DNA of 38,241 nucleotides from positions 1 to 38,241 of the IMG/VR virus record IMGVR_UViG_3300014656_000066, one strand, 5' to 3'. Of the stretch, positions 7,699-15,472 are shown one piece after another. A program made the position numbers and the translations under genes. Source of the stretch: a virus (taxonomy: Duplodnaviria; Caudoviricetes). The notes under the pieces were generated by a model. The model saw only the letters and a list, made by a program, of their open reading frames with translations. It did not search any database and had not been told where the DNA came from. Position 1 is the first letter of the stretch. Every line of letters begins with the position of its first letter.

Positions 7699-9290
7699 GG
7701 CCCGAGGAGGTTGATGGTCCGGGTGTAGAACAGGCCGCGGGTGCAGCATTCGTGAGGCCAGAAGTGCATCCCGTCGACGGGCTGGTAGGCGGAAACGTCG
7801 CCGGCCGGGGTGCCGGCGGTGCCGTACTCGAACTGGGTTCCCCAGAAGAGGGTGCCGTGTTCGTTGAGGATGGTGCCGTCTTCTTCGAGGACGGGCCGGA
7901 GGATCATCTGGGAGACATCGCCGTCGTTGGAGGCGGCGGCTTTCCAGGCCAGGTAGATTCGCTTCCAGCCGTTGATGGCCAGCGGGTCGGAGGCCAGGAC
8001 GCCCCAGTGGTCGGGTGAGGCCAGGTTGTCGGTATCGAAGACGGTGGGCTCGCCGGCGACCCATCGCCAGTACACGGAGTGGTTGGCGAGCTCGGGGGTG
8101 CTGGATGCCTGAACGGTCCGGTCGAGGAGCGTGAGGGAGAAGTATTCGGAGTCGGATTCCTTGCAGTAGGCGGAGAGGACGTTCCACTTTCCGCCCTGGA
8201 TGTTGGCGTCATGCACCTTGTCGAAGGAGGCGCCGACCAGGTCGCCGTCGAAGGTCTTGAGGATGCAGCCGTAGACGGTGGTATGCAGGTCGGCGTTGGA
8301 GTAGTAGCGATAGGCGGTCGTGCCGTCGGGGTTGGTGCCGCTGGCTTCGTGTCGGAGGCTGGAGCGTTTTTCCCAGCCGTCGGGGAGCGGTACGTTGTTG
8401 CACCCGGCCCACCAGTCGGAGGGTTTTCCGAAGGACTTGTCCCAGGGCGGCGTGGTGTCGTCCTGGTCGACGATGCGAGGCCGGCTCCACTCGAACTCGC
8501 CGATGTGGGAGTAGGAGAGGAGGTTTCGGCGAATGGATCCGATGGGCGGCGCCAGGGTGATGATGAGGGTCTTGGCGGTGGCGGGGTCGAGCGTGGTGAC
8601 CAGGAGGTTGGCGGAGCGGGCGCCGGCGGGGATGACCAGGGGAGAGTCGGGCGAGATGGTGAAGTCGGTGTCCTTGACGGCCGTGCCGGAGAGGGCGTAG
8701 GGGACGATGGATTCCTCTCGGCTGATGATCGGCCAGGGGATGTTGTTGCCGAACTTGCCGGTGCTGACGCTGATGGACTCGGCGAGTTGTAGCTCGGTGA
8801 GGCTGATCTCGATGGGGACGGCGCGGGGATCGGCGCCCTGGGCGATGTCGATGGCGGCCTGGCTGGTGTGCTGGACCTGCGGCGCCTCGAGCGTGGAGCG
8901 CAAGTACGCGCGATGCACGTTGAATCGGCCCATGAGGGCGCCGTCGGAGACGGAGCGCAGCCGGATCTGGAGCTCGCGCTCGGTCCAGAAGCGGGCGTCG
9001 CGCAGGAGCCGGACGGTGATCCAGCCGACGGTCTCGGCCGCGCCGATGACAATCGGTGAGTGGGTGATCTCGGAGAAGTCGACGTGCATCTCGGCGCTTC
9101 CGGCGAAGTCGAACTCGACGGTGGTATCCAGGCCGAGTTGGTTCAGACGGTCGAGCTCGACCTTGAAGGAGACCACGCCGGCGGTGTCGGGGTGGTAGGT
9201 GGAGCGGGGCCAGAAGTTCACCCCGGAGGCAGGCTGGGCGAACTGGCAGACCGGGGCGCCGCCGGCCACCAGGTAGGTGTCGACGGTCAC
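7695..9290 (-). CDS. Putative receptor-binding/adhesin protein: two Calx-beta (Ig-like) domains plus CBM-like domain
   Basis: TTVEFDFAGSAEMHVDFS...IVIGAAET and VPYALSGTAVKDTDFT...LVIPAGARSA are Calx-beta-like. RNLLSYS...NGWKRI...FWGTQFEYG...SAYQP is the phage tail CBM-like pattern. Coupled to the fibre gene. Confidence 0.65.
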   Translation of the reverse strand: MTVDTYLVAGGAPVCQFAQPASGVNFWPRSTYHPDTAGVVSFKVELDRLNQLGLDTTVEFDFAGSAEMHVDFSEITHSPIVIGAAETVGWITVRLLRDARFWTERELQIRLRSVSDGALMGRFNVHRAYLRSTLEAPQVQHTSQAAIDIAQGADPRAVPIEISLTELQLAESISVSTGKFGNNIPWPIISREESIVPYALSGTAVKDTDFTISPDSPLVIPAGARSANLLVTTLDPATAKTLIITLAPPIGSIRRNLLSYSHIGEFEWSRPRIVDQDDTTPPWDKSFGKPSDWWAGCNNVPLPDGWEKRSSLRHEASGTNPDGTTAYRYYSNADLHTTVYGCILKTFDGDLVGASFDKVHDANIQGGKWNVLSAYCKESDSEYFSLTLLDRTVQASSTPELANHSVYWRWVAGEPTVFDTDNLASPDHWGVLASDPLAINGWKRIYLAWKAAASNDGDVSQMILRPVLEEDGTILNEHGTLFWGTQFEYGTAGTPAGDVSAYQPVDGMHFWPHECCTRGLFYTRTINLLGP

Positions 9291-9877
9291 GGGAGATCCT
9301 CCCAGGTGGGCGCCGCGCCCGCTCCGTGGGTGGTGAGCACCTGGCCGTTGGAGCCCGGCACAAGCACGTAGGGAACGCCGGCGGCGTCGAAGGTGAGGAT
9401 GCAGCCGTCCGGCGGGCTGGGCAGCGAGAAGATCATGCCGCCCGCCCAGCCCACGTCCCCGGTCTGCGCGGAGAGCTTGGCGAGCACCTGGTCCTGGGTG
9501 CCGCCGTCGGGAACGTGGATGGTCGTGTCGATGACGTGCGGATCGGACAGGTCGGTGATGTCCTTGCGCTCCTGAATCAGGTGGAGGAGCTGAAGGACGG
9601 CGTTGTCGAGATCCTGTTCGGTGAGGGCCGAGCCGCTGGCGAAGTCGACCAGGCGGTTGATGTCCTCGGGCGCGGTCGTGCGCATGATGAGGATGTCGTC
9701 GCCGTCCTGAATGGACGGAGAGCTGATGACGACATCGAGGCCGTCGGTCGAGATGGTGAAGCCGGTCGTCTCCACGTCGTTGACGAAGAGGTGGACGTAG
9801 GTTTGGCGCAAGTACGGGAAGCCGATCGTGTAGGTCTGGACGCCGCCAGTGCCAGTGTGTTCAGTGCGGGTGAGCAT
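9287..9877 (-). CDS. Short tail fibre/adaptor with T7 gp17 N-terminal domain
   Basis: GTGGVQTYTIGFPYL...VHLFVN...IMRTT...RLVDFASGSALTEQDLD...QLLHLIQE; C-terminal GQVL shaft motifs; AGGAGG SD. Confidence 0.9.
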   Translation of the reverse strand: MLTRTEHTGTGGVQTYTIGFPYLRQTYVHLFVNDVETTGFTISTDGLDVVISSPSIQDGDDILIMRTTAPEDINRLVDFASGSALTEQDLDNAVLQLLHLIQERKDITDLSDPHVIDTTIHVPDGGTQDQVLAKLSAQTGDVGWAGGMIFSLPSPPDGCILTFDAAGVPYVLVPGSNGQVLTTHGAGAAPTWEDLP

Positions 9878-9940
9878 GGGTGGTTACCTCCTGTGCGGAT
9901 CGTGTTCTGAAAGAGTCGAAGCTGCAACGGAGATAGAGCC

Positions 9941-10237
9941 ATGGTTCCCGAACCGAGAAACACGAGGTTGGATCGCATTCGCGCGTGCGCGCGCGGGGGA
10001 AGTTCCCAAGCGCCGAGAAGGGAGGTCGCCGTTCCGCCCATTCCGAAGGCTGTCGTGGAATGGCTGGAGGCGTCGTACCCGGACCGCTTTCCAGACAGGA
10101 CGCTTCCGCATCTGGAAATCGTGGCCAGATCGGCCCAGGTCGAGGTTGTTCGCATGATCCGCTCGGTGTATGAGTCGCAGAAGGAAGCCGGGCTCTATGT
10201 CGGCGCGGCGCTTCAAGGCCATGGAGTAGGCGGGTAG
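9941..10237 (+). CDS. gp6.5-like conserved podovirus protein
   Basis: PPIPKAVVEWLEASYPDRFP...AQVEVVRMI pattern; syntenic position before the portal. Start uncertain. Confidence 0.6.
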   Translation: MVPEPRNTRLDRIRACARGGSSQAPRREVAVPPIPKAVVEWLEASYPDRFPDRTLPHLEIVARSAQVEVVRMIRSVYESQKEAGLYVGAALQGHGVGG

Positions 10238-10244
10238 ACCAGCG

Positions 10245-10484
10245 ATGTGTTTCAGAGGAGAGGTCGGGGGGTTCCTCCGCAAGCTGGAGCTGGACAAGAT
10301 GCAAGCCTTCAGCCCCGAAGACCCGGAGACCGCGGAGTCCCCCGATCCGCCTCCGCCGGAACCAGAGAAGGGCGCGAGCCGCATCTGGGAGCCGCTGGCC
10401 TCCGAGGAAGACGAGGAGCGCACGTCCAGGGGCACGGGCCTCAGCCAGCTCAGAATCCCCCCACCAACGACAGTGAATGCCTGA
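10245..10484 (+). CDS. gp6.7-like small virion protein
   Basis: MCF start, Pro-rich middle, GLSQLRI end; immediately upstream of the portal. Confidence 0.65.
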   Translation: MCFRGEVGGFLRKLELDKMQAFSPEDPETAESPDPPPPEPEKGASRIWEPLASEEDEERTSRGTGLSQLRIPPPTTVNA

Positions 10485-12009
10485 CACCCTAGCCGAGCTG
10501 TACGAGAAGCTGGAGCCGCGCCGGGAGCCCTACCTGCGCCGAGCCCGCGATGCCGCGTCGCTCACCGTGCCCACCCTGTTCCCCGAACAAGGCCACGACG
10601 GACAGTGGGACTTCGACGACCCCTTCCAGTCGATCGGGGCCATGGGCGTCGCCTCGGTGTCGAGCAAGTTTCAGCTCACCATGTTCCCGCCCGGCCTGGA
10701 CTTCTTCGAGATCCAGCTCGATCCCCAGTCGGTGGCGGACGCCGAGCGCGCCGGACAGAACACCCAGATCCAGCAGGCCAAGAAGGATTCCGAGCTGCGC
10801 ACCCAGATCATCGCCTACCACCTGGAGGGCGAGGCGTTCCGGGCGCGCATGAGCGAGGTGTTCCCCAACCTGGTGGTGGGTGGGAACATCCTGCTGCGCG
10901 AGAAGAAGGACGGAACCGGCCTGCGGCTGCACCGGCTGCCCTCCTACGTCTGCGACGTGGACGGCGAGGACAACCTGCTGGCCGTGGTGGTGAGAGAGCG
11001 CGTGAGCCGCCGCGGCCTTCCGCCCGACCTGCTGGCCGTGGTCTCCAAGAAGGACGATCCGGTCGATATCTACACCGGATGGCTCAAGCGCGAGGGCTCA
11101 CCCATCTACGACGCTTGGCAGGAGTACGACAACAAGGCGATTGCCAACACCCGAGCAGAATACCCGACCCGCGAGCTGCTGCCCGTGCATCCGGCCAGGT
11201 TCGATCCCTGCTGCGGAGAGCCCTACGGGCGCGGCCTGGTCGACCGAATGATCGGCGACATCGCCTCGCTCGAGGGCCTGGCCCAGTCCACCGTCGAACT
11301 CGCCGCCGAGGCCGCCCGCCTGGTCTGGCTGCACAACCCCAACGGGCCGACCACCCCGGAAATGCTGGCCGAGGCGCCCAACGGCGCCCACCGCTGGGGG
11401 AACGCCGAGGACGTGACGGCCCTGAAGCTGGACAAGAACGGGGATATGCAGTTGGTCCTGGGCGCCGGCCAGGGACTTCGCAACGACCTGCAAACCGCGT
11501 TCTTCATGCGCCAGTCGATCCAGCGCGACGCCGAGCGCGTGACCGCCGTGGAGATCCAGACCCTCGCCCAGGAGCTCGACGAGACCATGGGCGGCGCCTA
11601 TTCGATCCTCAGCGCGGAGATCCAGCTCCCTATCCTGCGCATGACCGAGGCCCGCCTGGTGAAGGCCGGCAAGCTCCCGGCCGTGAAGGAGGGCTCGGGG
11701 GTCAAGACGCGCATCATCGCCGGCCTGGAGGGCCTGGGGCGCGGCATCCGGCTGCGCCAGATGAGCACCTTCCTGACCTCCGCCTCCAGGGTTCCCCCCG
11801 ACGAAGCGATGGGCTTCGACATCGACCGGCGCAAGGTGCTCGAGGAACTCGCCCACTCCTCCGGGGTGGGTACGCGCTACCTGCGCACCACCGAACAGGC
11901 GTCCGCCCTGCGCAAGGCCCGCTCCGCGCAGATCGCCCAGCAGCAACTCGGCCCCGAGATGGTGCGACAGGGCGGCCAGATCGTGAGAGATCAACTCCAA
12001 CCCACCTGA
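10477..12009 (+). CDS. Head-tail connector (portal), T7 gp8-like
   Basis: LTVPTLFP, PFQSIGAMGV, GEPYGRGLV, RDAERVTAVEI, ELDETMGGAYSILS, GLEGLGRG. Confidence 0.97.
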   Translation: MPDTLAELYEKLEPRREPYLRRARDAASLTVPTLFPEQGHDGQWDFDDPFQSIGAMGVASVSSKFQLTMFPPGLDFFEIQLDPQSVADAERAGQNTQIQQAKKDSELRTQIIAYHLEGEAFRARMSEVFPNLVVGGNILLREKKDGTGLRLHRLPSYVCDVDGEDNLLAVVVRERVSRRGLPPDLLAVVSKKDDPVDIYTGWLKREGSPIYDAWQEYDNKAIANTRAEYPTRELLPVHPARFDPCCGEPYGRGLVDRMIGDIASLEGLAQSTVELAAEAARLVWLHNPNGPTTPEMLAEAPNGAHRWGNAEDVTALKLDKNGDMQLVLGAGQGLRNDLQTAFFMRQSIQRDAERVTAVEIQTLAQELDETMGGAYSILSAEIQLPILRMTEARLVKAGKLPAVKEGSGVKTRIIAGLEGLGRGIRLRQMSTFLTSASRVPPDEAMGFDIDRRKVLEELAHSSGVGTRYLRTTEQASALRKARSAQIAQQQLGPEMVRQGGQIVRDQLQPT

Positions 12010-12019
12010 GAAACCGACC

Positions 12020-12442
12020 ATGCCGAAGAAAGAAACCGAGCCCGTCGAGCCCAGCGAGCCCAGCGAGATCGAGAGGATGTTCCCCAGCGAGCCGGAGCTC
12101 ATGCCGCCGCCCACGGCGGTCCCGGTGTCCGGGCCCGGGCACCCACCCATGCCCCGCCCGAAACGGCCCCAGCCGGGCGTCGTCTACGAGGGCGGGCTTC
12201 CCGGAATGAACATCGCCGACGACGGCCGGCTCGAGGTCCCCGAGAACATGGACAACGAGACCGCCCGGCGCCAGCTCCGCATGGCCCGGAACCTGATGGC
12301 CGCCGCCGGCCGACAGCTCAACCAGCGCGGGCTTCGCGCTCAGAACGCCTCACAGGTCACCCCGACCATGCCCCGAACCCCCGAACAGGACGCCGATCCG
12401 AACCTGTACTGGACGGGAACCCACTACCGACGACTCTCCTAG
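12020..12442 (+). CDS. Hypothetical Pro-rich protein
   Basis: Fills the gap between portal and scaffold; typical codon use. Confidence 0.7.
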   Translation: MPKKETEPVEPSEPSEIERMFPSEPELMPPPTAVPVSGPGHPPMPRPKRPQPGVVYEGGLPGMNIADDGRLEVPENMDNETARRQLRMARNLMAAAGRQLNQRGLRAQNASQVTPTMPRTPEQDADPNLYWTGTHYRRLS

Positions 12443-12445
12443 ACC

Positions 12446-13276
12446 ATGCCCGATCCCAGCCCGAAAACTGAAGGCGCGCCCACCATCTCCCCCGGCAGCA
12501 CCGGCCAAGGGCCCCCCGGCTCTGGTCCCCCGCCGGAACCCAAGCCGTTCACGATGCCCGAGAAGTTCGCCGGCAAGTCCGCCGAGGACATCGCTCGGGC
12601 CTACGTCGAGCTCGAGCGCCAGCGCGGCGGGGCCGCACCACCCGCACCACCACAAGCCCCTCCCGCTGGCGCTCCCCACCGCGGCGGCCTGATCCCCGAG
12701 CCGGCCGCCGCCGACCTGGTGGAGCGGTTCGCCCCCTACGCGCAGGAGTACGCCCAGACCGGCCAGCTCTCCGAGCGCAGCATGGCCGCCCTCGAAGCCC
12801 AGGAGCGGATTCCCCGGGTTCTGGCCCTCGACTACCTCCAGGCCATCGCGGCCCGCGGAGAGCTGACGGTGCGCGCCGCCCACGAACGGGTGGGCGGAAA
12901 AGACGCCTTCAACGCCATGGCCACCTGGGCCTCGACCAACCTCTCGGCAGCGGAGCGCCAGCACTTCAATGCGGCCAGCAACGGCGACCCCGAGACCTTC
13001 GCGCTGCTCGTCGACGGCGTGGCCGCAAGGTGGCGCGCCGCCGTCGGCTCCAGCCCCCAGAGCCAGGTACTCGGCGATCTGCCGGCCGGCGCCGGCGCCG
13101 TGCCCTACGCCAGCGAAGACGAGTACCAGCGCGACGTGCAGACGAAGGAGTACCGAACCGATCCGGCCTTCCGCCAGAAGGTCTTTGCCCGTCTCCAGAA
13201 CTCTCGCTGGCTTGCAGAAAAAGCCGCCACAGTCCCAGGATGGAACACAGAACCAAGGGGCCCCGGGCCCTTCTAG
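12446..13276 (+). CDS. Capsid assembly scaffold, T7 gp9-like
   Basis: KFAGKSAEDIARAYVELE, EYAQTGQLSERS, VGGKDAFNAMATWA, Y..DPAFRQKV..RL..S. Confidence 0.92.
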   Translation: MPDPSPKTEGAPTISPGSTGQGPPGSGPPPEPKPFTMPEKFAGKSAEDIARAYVELERQRGGAAPPAPPQAPPAGAPHRGGLIPEPAAADLVERFAPYAQEYAQTGQLSERSMAALEAQERIPRVLALDYLQAIAARGELTVRAAHERVGGKDAFNAMATWASTNLSAAERQHFNAASNGDPETFALLVDGVAARWRAAVGSSPQSQVLGDLPAGAGAVPYASEDEYQRDVQTKEYRTDPAFRQKVFARLQNSRWLAEKAATVPGWNTEPRGPGPF

Positions 13277-13629
13277 CCCTCGCGCGCGCGTGCGCGCTGG
13301 CCTTCCTCCTCACCTCCTGCCTATCGAGCTCCTCCTTCCGCCTGGCCACCACCGGCCGGCTCACCGGCGACGCACGGACCGATACCGACGTGCTGGTGGT
13401 CATGGGGGAGGCCGAGCTCCTGGTCTCGATCCTGATCCCCAGCCTGGGCCTGCTCTACATCCCGGTCCTCGTCGACGAGGGCACCATCTGGGCGACCAGG
13501 TTCAGCACCGGAGAGGAGTTCCGCGGGCCCCTGGAGGGGCCGCTGCCGGACTGGGTGCTTTCCCAGTTCGAGCCCGGAGAGCTTTTCGAGCTCCTCCACA
13601 CCTTGAAGCCGAGCCCTCCCCCGCCCTAG
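13240..13629 (+). CDS. Putative lipoprotein, 129 aa
   Basis: MEHRTKGPRALLALARACALAFLLTSC: hydrophobic signal with LTSC lipobox. Confidence 0.55.
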   Translation: MEHRTKGPRALLALARACALAFLLTSCLSSSSFRLATTGRLTGDARTDTDVLVVMGEAELLVSILIPSLGLLYIPVLVDEGTIWATRFSTGEEFRGPLEGPLPDWVLSQFEPGELFELLHTLKPSPPPP

Positions 13630-13819
13630 CATTCAACGGTCGCCGGCGAGCTGGAGCTGGCGGCCGGGGCGCCCGCCAACCACGGGCGCATGAGAGCCGA
13701 CACCACGCATAGGCCACCGAGCCGGGCCCGTCAAGGCGGATAACCCGACGCCCCGGAGCCCCTGAAGGGTCAGCACAGGGCCAGCAACAGAATCCCTCTG
13801 ACCCCGAGGAGGTGGCCCC

Positions 13820-14827
13820 ATGGCTATCGACTCTACTGCACTTTCACGGCCTGGCATGGTCAACAGCGCGGGGGGCGACTCCGCGCTGTACCTCCAGGTT
13901 TTCTCCGGCGAAGTTCTGGCCGCATTCAACGAAAAGAACTTCGTCAACTCCCTCATTATGAAGAAGAACATTCGGGGGGCCAAATCGGCCACCTTCCCGA
14001 AGTTCGGCCGCATCCCCGCACTGCACCACGCGGCGGGGAATAGCATCTTCCAGGACTCCGAAGGCGGCCAGTTCAACCACGCCGTAAGCTCGGTGTCGGT
14101 CGACGATCTGTTGATCGCGGCTACCACCGTCGACGAAGTCGAGAGCCTCAGGAACTACTACGAAGTCCGGGCTCCGTACATGGTCAAGATCGGCAACTCC
14201 CTGGCCTCGCAGTACGACCGCTATGCCTTGCAGGCGGCGACGCGCGCGGCCCGCATGGACGAGACCAACTCCGGCAACCAGATCCCCACCGACATGGACA
14301 CCCTCGGAGAGGGTGGCTTCGTGGGATCGCTGACCTCCACCGACGGCGCCTCCCTACTGGGCGGCCTGTTCACCTCCCAGACCACCCTGGACGAAAAGGA
14401 CGTTCCCGACGAGGACCGCTTCGCCCCGCTGCGCCCCGCCACCTATTCGCTGCTGGTCCAGAACAAGGATCTGCTCAACCGCGACTATGGGAACGAGGGC
14501 AACGGCATCTTCTTCGACGGGATCGTGTTCGTCGGGGCCGGCTTCAGGCTCATCAAGACGAACCACATTCCCAGCACCAATGTTGCCACCAACCCGACGG
14601 GTGCTCGGAACATCTACACCGGCGACTTCACCGCGCTCATCACCACGGTATTTCACCGTGAAGCGATCGGCGCGGTGTGGCTGATCGCCCCGGCGATGGA
14701 GACCCCCTGGCTGCCCGAGTACCAGGTCTATGGTCTGATCGGCAAGATGGCCCAAGGCGTGAGCGCGACCCGCCCCGAGTGTGCGGTCGAGCTCAGCACG
14801 GCGGCCACTCAACCCGTCCTGAACTAG
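13820..14827 (+). CDS. Major capsid protein, T7 gp10-like
   Basis: ALYLQVFSGEVLAAF, GAKSATFPKFGR, VDDLLIA, LDEKDVP, RPECAVE; GAGGAGG SD. Confidence 0.97.
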   Translation: MAIDSTALSRPGMVNSAGGDSALYLQVFSGEVLAAFNEKNFVNSLIMKKNIRGAKSATFPKFGRIPALHHAAGNSIFQDSEGGQFNHAVSSVSVDDLLIAATTVDEVESLRNYYEVRAPYMVKIGNSLASQYDRYALQAATRAARMDETNSGNQIPTDMDTLGEGGFVGSLTSTDGASLLGGLFTSQTTLDEKDVPDEDRFAPLRPATYSLLVQNKDLLNRDYGNEGNGIFFDGIVFVGAGFRLIKTNHIPSTNVATNPTGARNIYTGDFTALITTVFHREAIGAVWLIAPAMETPWLPEYQVYGLIGKMAQGVSATRPECAVELSTAATQPVLN

Positions 14828-14848
14828 GCCCCGTTTCTTCTTCGACTC

Positions 14849-14889
14849 GGCCCGGCCGGACCTTCTCGGCCGGCCGGGCCACTCTCTTC
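14849..14889 (+). terminator. T-phi-like hairpin after capsid gene
   Basis: 11-bp stem GGCCCGGCCGG/CCGGCCGGGCC followed by pyrimidine-rich ACTCTCTTC (weak U tract); same position as T7 Tphi. Confidence 0.6.
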
Positions 14890-14893
14890 AGCC

Positions 14894-15472
14894 ATGACCG
14901 TCCTACTCCAAGCCGTGAACAACGTGCTGGCCGCCGTCGCGCTGCCGCCCGTGAACTCGCTGGTTCAGCCGGTCGCGGCAACTACCGCTCTGGCCCAGCA
15001 ACACATCGAGGCCGAAAACCGCCGGGCCCAGCTCGAGGGTTGGTGCTTCAACACCGAACCACGGGCAGAGCTCCGCCCCGACGCCTCGGGGGAAATCGCC
15101 GAGCCCTCCAATGTGCTGCGGTTCGAGGCCCTCGACTCGACGTTCTACGCCTTCCAGAACGGAAAGCTCCGGGATCTGCTCAACGACACGTACACCTTCT
15201 CAACGGCCGTGTGGGGAAAGCTCGTCACCCTGGAGGACTTCGAGAATGTCCCGCCGTGGTTTCGGGCCATGGTCGAGGCGCGGGCGGCGCGGCGGATGCA
15301 CGCGGCCTTCCGTGGAGACCCCGCCGGCGCCAGAAGCGCGGCCGTCGATGAGCGCGCGGCCGTCGCTGACGCACGACGCGCCGACAGTCAACAGCGGCGC
15401 TACAGCAGCTCGGAGTGCGCGTCCGTGCGCCGCACAACCCACCGCTTCCGTCGCCTGGGGAACATCATCTGA
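14894..15472 (+). CDS. Tail tubular protein A, T7 gp11-like
   Basis: LQAVNNVLAAV..PPVNSL, QLEGWCFNTE, FENVPPWFR..V..RAAR. Confidence 0.93.
   Translation: MTVLLQAVNNVLAAVALPPVNSLVQPVAATTALAQQHIEAENRRAQLEGWCFNTEPRAELRPDASGEIAEPSNVLRFEALDSTFYAFQNGKLRDLLNDTYTFSTAVWGKLVTLEDFENVPPWFRAMVEARAARRMHAAFRGDPAGARSAAVDERAAVADARRADSQQRRYSSSECASVRRTTHRFRRLGNII

Noticed and set aside
6443-9344. Near-identical 15-mer GTGGTGAGCAC(G/C)TGG at about 6443 and 9330
   Set aside because: Short, mismatched and one copy is coding; plausible by chance.
7695-9877. Diversity-generating retroelement or shufflon acting on the fibre genes
   Set aside because: No reverse transcriptase, no TR/VR pair, and no alternative C-terminal cassettes seen.
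14790-14893. T7 10A/10B-type programmed frameshift
   Set aside because: No clear slippery sequence before the stop, and little room for an extension before gp11.
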